Source: Octopus sinensis (taxonomy: Eukaryota). From it: DNA of 64,000 nt. This document shows positions 37,886 through 51,075 of this stretch, piece by piece. Made by a program: the position numbers and the translations under genes. The stretch is from the NCBI RefSeq assembly GCF_006345805.1, contig NC_043003.1, forward strand, positions 11,408,001-11,472,000. Reading direction: 5' to 3'. The notes beneath the pieces are model-generated. The model saw only the letters and a program-made list of their open reading frames with translations. It ran no database searches and had not been told where the DNA came from. How positions within the stretch are numbered: the stretch's first letter is position 1; each line of letters begins with the position of its first letter.

Positions 37886-39479
37886 CTCCCTTATTCCTCA
37901 TTTTATTTCTTAGATTGAGGAAGAGGAACAGTACTGGAAATCCCTTCTGGTTTCTTTAGGACAATGCTGTCAATATAATACATATACGCATACATAAAAT
38001 ATGCATGTGTATGTTTGAATATACAAACAAGAAGAAAACATACTCAGATATAATTAGAAATGTATTTCGTTTTGGGATTTGGTTTGCAAGATTCTTTATA
38101 TGAGTTCGTGTGTTGAAGCATATTCTGTTGTGTCTGGGGAGAGTCATTTTCTTTTTGTGCCTTATAATCTAACACACTCACCAGTAAAATTTCCACTTAT
38201 TTCTTATTTTTATTTTCCTAAAATTTTCATTGCGTCTTGCAACCTTTTCAATAGCCTTGACCCTGTCCGTTATTTACACTGCGTTCCCTCTTGTTTGTTT
38301 GTGCACATGTGTGTGGGTCAGTGTGTGTGTGCATTTATACATGCATGAATGTACGTATGTATGTATGTGTGTGTTTGCATGTGTATTTATGTATATATGT
38401 GTGTGTATGCAAATGCATATTAGAAATGTAATTCCACTTCACTTTCACACATGCATATTAGAAATGCAATTATTTATTATTGCAAATTGGTGATTATTCT
38501 CTTCTCTGATGTTGCTCCAAGTTTTATGAGTATTCTTGCTGATCATTCCACTGGAAACTGAATTATTAAAGGAGGTTGTGTAACAAGTATGCCTTTCTCA
38601 TACTGGACTTCATGCTATTTCGCAGTGGTCAGGTTATTATACTGTTAAACATTGTCCTTTGAGCTGGTTGGTAGTCTCATTGATATCTCCATACTGTAAG
38701 TTTCTATGAAATAACTTGAGAAACACAAACACACATGCATTCGTACCCAATACAAATGTGTTTTTCAGCGAGTAGAGTCTAGCACTTTGTCTTTTGAGCT
38801 TCAGAGATCTTCTCTTCTGTGTTTGGTGAATGGTGTCTGTAAGCATAAATGTTCGCTATTCATCTCTCTGTGGCCTTAATCAGAAATGAATTAAGCTGCA
38901 TAAAGGACCTTTGTAAAGAAGTTTTGCTAAGCCAAGTATCTTGTATCAGATAGTTTTCTTATGTAAACTTTGCATTATTTATAGCAACAGGAAGGCGGCT
39001 TTGTTTAATATATATGGACGAAAGTAGAAGAAATACAAATGCTGTATAGATAGATGTGTCTGTGATGGGTGATGATGGCAGCGGAAGTGGTGGTGGTTGA
39101 TAGAAACATGTAAGAGTGTGTGTTGCAGTTCCTGGCAGACAGAGGACAGACAGTGCATCTATAACTTTCTCGAGTGTCCAGAATGCATTGATGTAGTAAG
39201 AAATCTATTCAAGCAACCTTTAAATAAAGAAGAAAAGCAAACGAGACAGAGAGAGAGAGAGAAATAAAAGATGACCTGTATTTAATGGATTTCTAGATGT
39301 TTGTAGATAAAGTTTTGTTGCCCAAGTGATTTAATTGGTGTGAGGATGGAGATGAAACAAAGCAGTGACATGAAGCTGCCCTTAAGTAGATGGAAGTTCG
39401 TTTATATTTTGTCTGTCTAGCCAAGAGGTTAAATATGTATGTGTAGTGGTTGTCTGAAAAAATGTCTGGTTTCTATACT

Positions 39480-39694
39480 CTTTTACTCTTTACTCTCTTT
39501 TACTGGTTTCAGTCATTCGACTGTGGCCATGCTGGAGCACCGCCTTTATTCGAACGAATCGACCCCAGGACTTATTCTTTGTAATCCTGGTACTTATTCT
39601 ATCGGTCTCTTTTGCCGAACTGCTAAGTTACAGGGACGTAAACACACCAGCATCGGTTGTTAAGCAATGTTGGGGGGGACAAACAGACACACAA

Positions 39695-39737
<43 letters not shown>

Positions 39738-39868
39738 GACTTGTTTTATTTATATTTCCTGAGCGCCATACTAATACAATTGTTTGTTTGTATTCCACCT
39801 GCCTTCGTCTTTTGTTTATTTCCGTAAACCTGCCTTCGTCTTTTGTCTATTTTCATAAAGCTTCCCGT

Positions 39869-39900
<32 letters not shown>

Positions 39901-40062
39901 GACGGGCTTCTTTCAGTTTCCGTCTACCAAATCCAATCACAAGGCTTTGGTTGGCCTAAGGCTATAGTAGCAGACACTTGCCCAAGGTGTCACACAGTGG
40001 GACTGAACCCGGAATCATGTGGTTGGTAAGCAAGCTACTTACCACACAGCCACTCCTACGCC
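39480..40062 (-). mobile_element. CORE-type SINE whose internal TA microsatellite hosts an HH-B repeat
   Basis: SINE halves flank 39738-39870. Confidence 0.85.
39738..39870 (+). mobile_element. Penelope-type short repeat (family HH-B), truncated copy inside (TA)n
   Basis: Reverse complement of 51631-51735; internal cctgccttcgtcttttgt duplication. Confidence 0.75.
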
Positions 40063-40149
40063 TATATATTTATTTATTTTTATTTTATTACATTTTTTTT
40101 TTTTTTTTTTTTAGTGTATGACAAGGATGTTTGCTAGTGTTAGCAGGTC

Positions 40150-40932
40150 CGGTCTGCAAAAATAAAACAAATAAAATATGGAGAGAAATGTAAAGAGTAA
40201 ATTATTTCACTCAGCCTTTTCTTTTTTTTTTCCTTCTATGTGATGCAAATCTGGAGAAGAGACCGAGTTTGGTTGTGTGAGCCGGTTGGTGTAACCTAGG
40301 ATCTAAAAGGCATCGAATGCGTTGCGTGTATGTGAAAGAGAAAGCTAAGAATAGAGGCAAGCGGGTAAGAAATGGGTGATAGACAGACACAGAATGAACA
40401 AATGTGGTTAGGTCGGCTAGCAGGAAGAGCAGCTGAGACCGGTTGTGTAACACTTGAGAAGTGTTAGTTAATTGAGAGTGATGCAATAGAGAGTGAATTG
40501 GCACCGAGTTTAAACTGGTTAAAGTAATATGACGGTGTGCATGGGCAGGGGCAGGCGGGGTGTCTTGTCTATGGTGGTATTTATATGAAAATAATTTGTT
40601 TTATTAATTTTTTGTTTTTGGTATTTGAATTTTTTTTTGTTTTTCCGCGTTTTACTTTTATACTTTTATTCCAATGAATAATTTTAAGTATTTTGTGTTT
40701 CTATGAAATTGTTTTTATATAGACTGTTTATTGCGTTTTTCGTGTGTATCTTTATAATATTTGCCTTTTGATGTTGCTAACTGTTGTTGGTTATATTAAT
40801 GGCGAGTTAAATATAAACTATATAACAGCAATGTCACACACACACACACACACACACACTTGATAAGCTCCATCCCCTGCTGTAAATGTAAATATCATCA
40901 TGTCTGTTGGTTTTTATCGCTGTCTGTGAAGG

Positions 40933-40965
<33 letters not shown>

Positions 40966-41200
40966 TTTGTATTTTTTTTTATGTGTGTTGTTTAACTCGA
41001 GTGTTTTTTTTTTGTTTTTTTTTTTGTATTTTGTCTATATAAAAATGAGTAATAATCACTTAGCGATGAGGATTGTTAACATACTTCACACAAACGATGT
41101 TGTAAGAAATCGTAATTATTTTTCATGGTTATTGTTGTGTGCATAACAGAAACGTGTTTATCACAAAGAGGAAATTAGTTTCAGTACAAATGCAATCCTG
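40150..41200. promoter_or_regulatory. CpG-retaining non-repetitive island; candidate promoter or 5' UTR
   Basis: Many CpGs outside TEs, GC-box-like gggcaggggcaggcgggg (~40543-40560), A-rich minus strand. Confidence 0.25.
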
Positions 41201-41825
41201 AGCTGCTGTTTTTTTTTGTTTTTTTTTTTGCTTCTTATTTTTTTTATTCGTACGTTCCATCCTTACCTACCTACACACACACATATATACATACAAATGC
41301 ATGCACACTCACACACACACATATATATATGGTTTTATTTTACTTTTTCACGGGCTGTATATCGATGTAGAATACAAAATTTATATCCACTAGGTGTGTC
41401 AAAGTTTCTAACTTAAGCATTTTTCTTTTTAAATTGATTGTATTTTATTTTTTCCCCCATTTCTGGCTTGCTTGCTTGAAGGTAATTCGGCCTAGACAAG
41501 CCGAGTATCAAGCTTCACAACATATCAAATAATAGTTTTAGATTTCACTTCAAACAAGACATACAGTATGCTTCTTATTTATTTGTTGTTTTTATTGTGT
41601 TTTACTTATGCAATGATATAATACCACCTTCTCAAATTTAGTGATCCATACTCTCAATGTTTGACCTAAGGTCACTGTATGCAGCTCCAGGTGGAAGCCC
41701 TGATTATGTTTACTTATAAACAGAGGTGTCCCAGCTGTGACTAGTTTGTCTTTTTCCAGGTGTGTCTAAACCAAGTACAACATTGATTTTCTGGAACCTT
41801 TGGCACCAAAGCCTTTTTGGGTTGC

Positions 41826-42237
41826 TCTTTTTCTCTTTTACTAGTTTCAGTCATTTGACTGCGGCCATGCTGCGGCACTGCTTTTAGTCGAGCAAATCGA
41901 TCCCAGAACTTATTCTTTGTAAGCCTAGTAATTATTCGATCGGCCTCTTTTGCCGAACCGCTAAGTTACTGGGACGTAAACACACCACCATCGGTTGTCA
42001 AGTGATGAGGGGGGGGGGGGGGCAAACGCACACACACACACACACACACACAGATATATATATATACACACAATGGGCTTCTTTCAGTTTCTGTCTTACC
42101 AAATCCACTCACAATGCTTTTGGTCAGCCCGATTCTATAGTAGAAGATACTTGCCCAAGGTGCCACGCAGTGGGGCTGAACCCGGAACTATGTGGTTGGT
42201 AGGCAAGCTACTTACCGCACAGCCACTCCTGCGCCTA
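41826..42237 (-). mobile_element. CORE-type tRNA SINE, full length
   Basis: Complete family match. Confidence 0.9.
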
Positions 42238-43044
42238 TATACTGTGTTTTTTTTGTTTGAAACGAGAGGTGGTGGTCATCTCAGTCATCTCTCTCTCTAA
42301 ATTAAACGACTATTCAGTTTAAATAATTAAATGAAATACAGGTACTTGTACACTAATGTAAATTAGTACAGATTATAATGCATTTTGGACCATCAATATC
42401 TGAAAAGTTGGTGTTTACACGTGTGTGTTGTTTGTGAGAAACTTAGCTGCTATTTCTAACTGGCTGAGTGCTAAGTTTATTCAGTCACCTGTGCACAGGG
42501 CTGCGTGCATACAAACACATGCATTCTCATACATGTATTGACATGTCTATGCACACACACATGCGTGTGTGTGTGTATGTATATATATATATATATATAG
42601 TGTGTGTGTATATATAGTGTGTGTGTGTGTATGTTTGTGTCTCTCTGCCTTGATGTTGTATGACAGTGGTAAATGAGTATCACTGTCATACAGGCGGTGT
42701 CCTTTTGCAGTAATCTGTGAGAACATGTCTGGCAGTGAGGAAAGGTTAGCGTTGCTTAGAAACAAGTGATGGTTTGTGACTGGAAGGGCATCCGGCTGTA
42801 GGAAGTCAGCCTCAATAAACTTCCTCTGACCCATGCAAGCACAGGAGAGGGACAGTTAAAATGATGATGATGATGATGATATTTATGATGGTGAAATTTC
42901 CTCATTCTCCTCATTCATGATACTTAAATTCTTTCCACTTGACCACACTTGGGCTTCTTTTGTTAGTAAATTCCTTTCTGTCTCATATTCTTGTGACAGC
43001 TGACATTTAACTAACCAGACAATGGTGTATTTCAGATAGAGAGA

Positions 43045-43077
43045 CAGACTGATAGCTGGATAGATAGATAGATAGAC

Positions 43078-43118
<41 letters not shown>

Positions 43119-43432
43119 TAGATAGATAAAGATAGATAGATAGATAGATATAGATAGATAAAGATAGATAGATAGATATAGATAGATAAAGATAGATAGA
43201 TAGATAGATATAGATAGATAAAGATAGATAGATAGATAGATAAAGATAGATTGATAGATAGATAAATATAGATAGATAGATAGATAAATATAGATTGATA
43301 GATAGATTGATAGATAGATAGATAGATAAATATAGATTGATAGATAGATAGATAGATAAATATAGATTGATAGATAGATAGATAGATAGATAAAGATAAA
43401 TAGATAGATAGATAAATATAGATAGATAGATA
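43045..43432. repeat. (GATA)n array with periodic variant units
   Basis: gata tract with recurring gatatagatagataaa and aaatatagatt variants. Confidence 0.95.
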
Positions 43433-43518
43433 GAAGCACTGTTTGATTGTAATTACATCTTGTTCTTAGACTTATGTATATCTGAGCGAGCTTTGCTGAT
43501 CTCAGCACTGTCACTTAC

Positions 43519-43526
43519 AGCTGTTC
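43519..43526 (-). CDS. Candidate 8-nt micro-exon GAACAGCT
   Basis: ccacttttcccactcattcctacag|GAACAGCT|gtaagt; both splice sites are consensus-like. Confidence 0.3.
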
Positions 43527-44442
43527 CTGTAGGAATGAGTGGGAAAAGTGGGCCACATCCAGTTATTGGCTATTTTTGAAGGGCATTGTTCTCCTGTATC
43601 TTGTTCAAGTTGCTGTTATTTATTTGCTGGCCGACATGTTGGAATAGATTTTTATATATGAAAGAAAACTATATTCGAACAAATATTTGAATGCTTGAGG
43701 CTTCGTATAATACCCACCTTTTTTTCCCCTCTCCACCTTACCTTTTGTTGTATTCATTTATTGGACTGGGGCCCACAGTGGGGCTCTGTCCTAAAGGCCT
43801 TAGTTGAGCAAATCACTGAAGGTGCATAGCTTAGTGGTTAGGGTATTTGGCTCGCAATTGCAAGGTCGTGGGTTCAATTCTTGGTCGCATGTTATATTCT
43901 TGAGCAAGACATTTTATTTCATGTTGCTCCAGTTCACTCAGCTGGACTTAGTAGGATTTGAACTCAGAATGTAGAGTTGGAAGAAATGCTGCTAAGCATT
44001 TTGCCCAGTGTGCTAACGATTCTGCCAGCTCGCCACCTTAACAATAATAATAAGTAAAGAAAGATGGAAAAAATAATCTCATACTACCATGAATAAAATA
44101 TATGAAGATTCTCTTTATGTCTGTGATTTAAATAAAATCAATGTTTATTGATTAACTACCAATAATATAGGTGGCAGTATTGGTTATGTGGTTAAGAAGT
44201 TTGCTTCCTGATCATGTGGTTTCAGGTTCAGTCCTACTGCAGGCTATCTTGATCGAGTGTCTTTTACTATAGCCCTGGGCTAACCAAAGCTTTGTGAGTG
44301 GATTTGGCAGATGGAAACTGAAAGAAGCCCCTCGTGTGTTTCTCCGTATCTTGACATTGCATGATGGTCGTAAATGAGTGTTACTGTCACACAAATAACG
44401 TGGATCATTTCCTGTCTTTCATGGGAAAATGTCCAGCTATGG

Positions 44443-44766
44443 TGAAGGTGCATGGCTCAGTGGCTGGAGCATCAGGTTTACAATCATGAGGTAGTGAGTT
44501 CGATTCCCAGACCAGGTTGTGTGTTGTTTTCTTGAGCAAGACACTTTATTTCGCATTACTCCAGTTCACTCCACTGTAGAAATGAGTTGCGACGTCACTG
44601 GTGCCAAGCTGTACGGGGCCCTTGGATAACATCAGTGGTTTGGAGAGGAGAGGCCGGTGTGCACGGGCGACTGCTGGTCTTCCATAAACAACCTTGCCCG
44701 GGCTTGTGCCTTGGAAGGGAACTTTGTAGGTACAATCCCATGGTCAGTCATAACCAAAGGGGGCCC
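44443..44766 (+). mobile_element. Second tRNA SINE family, long variant
   Basis: gaaggtgcatggctcagtgg head, gagttcgattcc B box. Confidence 0.85.
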
Positions 44767-45612
44767 TTTATCTTTATCACTTCTATGGTGAACCACCAAT
44801 TTCAGGACCATAAATACTCCAACATCAGTTGCCAAGTGGTGGTGGGGAGTAAACAGAGAGAGAGAGAGAAAGCGACACACACACACACACACACACACAT
44901 ACACACATGTATATATGATGGACTTTTTTCAGTTTCTGTCTACCAAATCCACTCACAAGGCTATAATACCAGACGCCTGTCCAATGTTTACTTGGTGGGA
45001 CTGAACCTGGAACAGTGAGGTTGTAAAGTGGATTTCCTATCACGCAGCCATGCCTATATCTATATTTATTTATGTATATCAGATAAGACATGATTAATTC
45101 AAACCAATAAGAATAAATAAGCTTTACATATGGCAGAGTAATTTGAATAGTAAAAGGTCAAAGGTACGCATGTCTGCGGAGTTCTCAGCCACTTGCATGT
45201 TAATTTCATGTGCAGGCTGTTCTGTTGATTGGATCAACTGGAACCTTCTTTGTAATAACTGATTACAGGAGTACCTGCACACACTTCCACACACACACAT
45301 TCACGTGTGTATGTATGTGTGTTTATATATGTGTATGTGTGTGTGCATATATACATATATATATATTATGTCACAAAAAACAGTGTCCTTCAATACATAC
45401 CTGTATTAGTGATATACAGAGTATATTATAAATATAGGTAAATATTAACATTTAAATAAATTGCTCACACACACACATATATATATACACACACACACAC
45501 ATATTATATACTCACACACACACATATGTATATATATATATACACATGTGTGTGTGTTTAATCTGTAGCGATACTAGACTACTGAGCAAATATTAATATG
45601 TAGATAGCACAC

Positions 45613-45656
45613 CTTAGTTACAAAGAAAACACCACTTCCTGATTGCTCGGGGAAAC
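45613..45656 (-). CDS. Candidate 44-nt exon (xFPEQSGSGVFFVTK)
   Basis: Acceptor tttgaattctactgttgcctacag, donor AAG|gtgtgc; only one frame open. Confidence 0.3.
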
Positions 45657-46043
45657 CTGTAGGCAACAGTAGAATTCAAAGCCTGCGATAAGACCATCAA
45701 TTATTCAACACAATATGAATCACATAATTTCTCTCTACTGTCGGATGATAACAACACTGGCTACTGTTAACCACTTGTAGATATTGATCTAGAAGTATTG
45801 ATAGACAGAGCAACTTAGAACTAATAAGAAAATATTTTTATAAAAATAAATTGCTAATTACCTACCAACCTAATCTGACCAATGATTCCTCTGGACCACT
45901 TCTGTTAAATTCGTATTTCTGTAATTTAAGGGTTATGCCCTGACTCATCTTTGCCCCTGTTTTCTCCCTTCTTTTCCACCTGGTGTAACAATATATGCTC
46001 TTCTGTAGCAAGACACACATATCGGTGTCTCTATTCTACTTAA

Positions 46044-46760
46044 CCCTTTTGATACCAACCCGGCTGAAACTGCCTCTTGCTCTGTGGCACAAATGTCTTG
46101 TTTTCAAAAGTTCTGAATTAAAATCTTCACAATTTATGATCCTAACACTAGCTGAATGATAACTAAGTTATTTTACTAAATTCTTTGTTATATTTAAAAT
46201 TAATTGAAAGAAACACAGAATATCTCAACAAGAAATATAGTAACAAAGGGGTAAAATTATATATAAAAGAGAAATAATTCTTAACCCGTTTGATACCAAC
46301 CCAGCTGAAACTGCCTTTGGCTCTGTAGTACAAATGTCTTGTTTCCATAAGATTTGAATTAAAATCTTCCACTAAACCTTAGTCACAATTTATGATCCTA
46401 ACGCTAGCTTAATGATAACTAAGTCATTTTACTAAATTCTTTTTTATATTTAAAGTAATTGAAAAAAAACACAAAGCTTCTCAACAGAAATATGGTAACA
46501 AAAGGGTTAAAATATATAATAGAGAAACAATTCTTAATCCTTTTGATACCAACTCGGCTGAAACTGGCTCTGGCTCTGAGTACAAACATTTTGTTTTCAT
46601 AAGTTCTGAATTAAAATCTTCCACCAAATCTTAGTCACAATTTATGTTCCTAACACTAGCTTAATGATAACTATAAGTTATTTCACTAAATTCTTTGTTA
46701 TATTTAAAATTAATTGAAAGAAACACAGAACATCTCAAAACAAATACAGTAACGAAAGGG
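46044..46760 (+). mobile_element. Three tandem family-1 piggyBac-type MITEs (46044-46250, 46285-46506, 46538-46760)
   Basis: Each bounded by TTAA|CCC..GGG|TTAA-like termini; homologous ~25-bp spacers. Confidence 0.9.
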
Positions 46761-47780
46761 TTAAACCTCTCATCACCTGACATAAAAACACCTTCCTCAA
46801 CACTATTCCCTGCTCAGTTAGGGGGTCATGTCTAGTGTGGATTACTTGGGAACCTCAATAGTGTTGGGGCCCCGTATAAAAAGCACCCAGTACACTCTGT
46901 AAAGTGGTTGGGTGTTAGAAAGCACATCCAGTTGACGAAATTGTAACAGAGCTGACACTGGAGCTTGGTGCAGTCTTCTGACTTGTCAGCTCTTGTCTAA
47001 CTGTCCAACCCATACCAGCATGGAAAAACAGATCTTAGATAATGCAGATGATACAATGATGGTTTTTGATATCGGCTGATGAATATAAAGTTGGAGGAAG
47101 GAAACAGTCAAGTTCAGTCGACCCCAGTACTTAATGGCTAGGTAAAAAGCAGCAGGATTACTAAAGTACTAGAGTCAATTTGTTTAACTTAGTCCTTCAA
47201 AGCAATGCTCCAGAGTGGCCGCCATCCAATGACTCAAGCAAGTAAAGGAATACTTTGTGTTATGTTAAGTTAACCAAAGAAATTTGACACACAACAGAAT
47301 TTCCACATTTCTTATATCTATCATCTCTTCTCATAATCCATTATAACTATTATTTACCATGTTTTTTTGCAAAATTTATTTTTCATATTTTATTTTATTT
47401 AGTCAAAATTTTTTTTTGCGATTTGGAAAACTTTGGTGGATTAAATTGTAATATATATATATATTTTAATTACACATTTTTTTTTATTTTTGTTATTTAT
47501 CTCAACATCTGGGAACACTTACAAAACTGGTGCCTTTTAATTAATTTGAGTGAGGTAATATGCTAAAGTAATTTTAATATTGTACTAGTTGCTAATCAGT
47601 GAGTTTAGCAAAAAGTATTCTCTTGGGAATTGTTGTTGATAGTGAATGCTGCCCACTACTTCAGTGTTGTTTTTGTTATTCCTTTTAATAAAGTATGGCT
47701 GGGTTAGTCTGTCTTAGAACTAATCTGTTCACATGCCATTTGATATGTAAAACCTAAATACAAAGTTAGATGGGTTTTAC

Positions 47781-47792
47781 TTAAGCAAATAC
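47781..47792 (-). other. Strong acceptor with a possible 12-nt micro-exon or a terminal exon start
   Basis: tttttctttttcttttttcctgcag|GTATTTGCTTAA|gtaaaa. Confidence 0.25.
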
Positions 47793-48069
47793 CTGCAGGA
47801 AAAAAGAAAAAGAAAAAAGAGATGGGTATTTGGTATTTATACATTTATACTCAGTTTAATCATCTGTAGAAGTATCTGACACTACTAATTGAAATTTTAG
47901 CCTCAGCTGAACAAAACAAAAAGAATCCCCTTTTTTTTAAATATAGACTGAGGAGCTGGGAGCAGAGGAGCAGGGTTTGTAGCCCTTTGTGCGTTAAGGG
48001 TAGGGTGAGAGTCAGTAGTATAGATGGATGTTTGTATGAAGTTAATATGGTTAATGCTAACTGAACATG

Positions 48070-48360
48070 TTTATTAGGGAGACTAGGGAGAGGAAAATGT
48101 TGATAGATGGGGGCAGCATTGAGGAATGCCGCCTAAGGAAAGTGATGATGAAGAAATATATTGAGCATGGCAGGAAGGAAAAGAGAACGGCGATTCCATG
48201 TGATGTATTTTTATCTGTGATTACATTCATGTGGGATATTTTTCATTTGGGGGTCTTGTACAATCAGGAAGGGGAAATGAAAACAGTGATTGCATGTGAA
48301 GTATTTTCATTTGGGGCTGGTGGGGTCCTTGTGATCAGAAAGTTTAACGGGGCAGATATC
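48070..48360 (-). pseudogene. Highly decayed Penelope-like GIY-YIG endonuclease remnant (tentative)
   Basis: tacttcacatgcaatcac (TFPCN-like), gtacaagacccccaaa (IQGPK-like), ttaggc..atcaacattttc (LG..P.G.NI.F-like); resemblance from memory only. Confidence 0.25.
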
Positions 48361-48647
48361 ATTGTATTGATAGTGCAAACAAATGTACAGAAAATATCTC
48401 ACATCTAATAGAAGGTTAGTAATTTTAAATGAAAGGTCACGGGGCTCAAATGTCTGGTCAGGGGTGGAGAAAGTCAGTTTTCTAAAATCTCGTCTGGAAT
48501 ATGATCTAGGGCAGTGTTTCTCAGGTGTTCTTGCCCCACACCCTACTTTGATTTTCCAAAGTTATGCATACACCACTATGAACGGGCAAAGTGTATAGCA
48601 CGCGTGCACACACACACACACACACCTGCACACACACACACACACAC

Positions 48648-48681
<34 letters not shown>

Positions 48682-49479
48682 TGAATTGTAAAACAGTTTC
48701 ATTTTCAATGAAATACCATATCCTCTACATCATGTTTTGAGCACTCTTTTCTCATCCAACTGACATACAACAATGAGCGTGTGTGCATGTATGTGTGTAT
48801 AGATGGGTTTGTATATATATATATATATATGTGTGTGTGTTTGTGTATAGGTAGGTATGTATATATGTATATACACACATACATTCAAAAGCGGTTTTAA
48901 CTGAAACTTTATTGCAAGTTTGATTAACAACTCGTTACTTATTTACTTAAGCCCCATACTGAAGCCATCCATGCCACTCCACCATCAGGATGGATGTGAC
49001 ACCCCCCTACTCCACCCAGTACCACCTCGAGAAATATTGGTCTAGAATCCGAATGCAAACGACAGAGACGCCCTGTCCCGGGATGTCTAAGAGCTACTCA
49101 AGTATGAAGGTTATTTGTACTTGTATGTCGACGTTTCTCTTCTAAAATATACTTTTTGTCTATTTTCGAGAAGCGTACACTGCAGTGTGAGTGTTACACC
49201 ATGGCTGTTTAAACAGTAGCCTAGTGTAAGGTGTAATTGTGCTTTGTTTTGAGGCAGCAGACACTCCAAGCCCTGACACATTTTCTTGCTCTGCTCTAAA
49301 AAAAAAAAGGAAACAGAACTTTTGTAATAAGTTTTTGTTTTTTGATTTTGATTTTCTTTTCTTTTCTTATTTTTTTTCCTTTTCGGTTATGTAAAGAATG
49401 TATTTCTTGAATGTGTCTTCATTAGTTTTTACACCCAACTTCTTCCCCCAGTGTTTCAGTGTTTGGAAAATAAAGAGTT

Positions 49480-49480
49480 T

Positions 49481-49533
<53 letters not shown>

Positions 49534-49640
49534 ATTTATTCATATAAGATACATATACACACATTCACTGATATACATACATACATGTGTGCATGTATGT
49601 ATCTATATGATTATATAATAAAACTTTGTGTGTGTGTGCA

Positions 49641-49685
<45 letters not shown>

Positions 49686-50231
49686 ATATATATATGTATA
49701 TATATATATGTATATATATATATGTAGATATATATATGTTATATATATATGTATAATATATATGTATATATATATATGTCTATATATATATATGTATATA
49801 TATATATGTATATATATATAGTATATATATATAGTATATATATATATGTATATATATATATATGATATATATATATATGTATATATATATATATGTATAT
49901 ATATAATATGTATATATATATATATGTATATTATATATATGTAGATATATATATATATATAGTAGATATATATATAATATATGTAGAGATATATATATAT
50001 ATATGTAAGATATATATATATATATATGTAGATATATATATATATATATGTAGATTATATATATATATATGTAGATATATATATATATATATGTAGATAT
50101 ATATATAGATATATATGTATGTAGGTATGTGTATATGTATATATATGTATGTATATATATATTTATAGATATATATATATATATGTATGTATGTATATAT
50201 ATATATATATATAAATATGTATATATATATG

Positions 50232-50316
<85 letters not shown>

Positions 50317-50345
50317 GTATGTATATGTATATATATGTATGTATG

Positions 50346-50377
<32 letters not shown>

Positions 50378-50385
50378 TGTATAAC

Positions 50386-50451
<66 letters not shown>

Positions 50452-50452
50452 G
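49480..50452. repeat. ~1-kb (TA)n-dominated microsatellite
   Basis: Simple repeat. Confidence 0.95.
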
Positions 50453-50695
50453 ACATGGTGGTAGACAGTTGGTCTTTCTGCTGGTGTAGATAAGAGTTTC
50501 AAGCTTGAAACAAAATACATCCAAATACATCTTGAAGTTCTGTACCATTACCTGCCTGTTCTTGAAGTCAGTATTGCACAGTTGATGTCCATTTTATGGC
50601 AGTAGTTCTCAATCGTTTTTTACTTAGGGACCCTTTCAGTTCCTCTTTTACTCAGGTGGACGCCCATAGCCATCTTATAATTTTATTGTGAATAG

Positions 50696-51075
50696 GCGCA
50701 GGAGTGGTTGTGTGGTAAGAAGCTTGCTTTCCAACCTCATGGTTCCGAGTTCAGTCCCACTTTTACTATAGCCTCAGGCCAACCAAAGCCTTGTGAGTGG
50801 ATTTGGTAGATTGGAAACTGAAAGAAGCCTGTCATATATATGTATGTGTGTGTGTATGTATATGTTTATATGTCTGTGTTTGTCCCCCCCAACATTACTT
50901 GATAACCAATGCTGGTGTGTTTATGTCCCTGTAACTTAGCTGTTCGGCAAAAGAGACTGATAGAATAAGTACTAGTTTTACAAAAGAATAAGTCCTGGGG
51001 TCGACTTGCTTGACTAAAGGCGGTGCTCCAGCATGGCCGCAGTCAAATGATTGAAACAAGTAAAAGAAAAGAGAG
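50696..51075 (+). mobile_element. CORE-type tRNA SINE (internal deletion), adjacent to a hAT-like MITE end at ~50589
   Basis: ggcgcaggagtggttgtgtggtaag head to gaaacaagtaaaag tail. Confidence 0.85.

Noticed and set aside
37912-37960. Plus-strand IEEEEQYWKSLL after a strong acceptor; also 38626-38695, 26492-26618, 10990 and 22437
   Set aside because: Weak or missing donors, no consistent phase chain, and opposite to the better-supported minus-strand set; the expected pseudo-exon rate explains them.
47075-47110. CTGATGA..GAAACAGTC hammerhead-like string
   Set aside because: No stem II or stem I pairing.
48067-48408. 113-aa plus-strand ORF (MFIRETRER..)
   Set aside because: Probably the antisense of a decayed TE; no recognisable domain.
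49194-49236. pre-miRNA
   Set aside because: The hairpin is only ~36 nt and does not extend to a 60-70-nt precursor.
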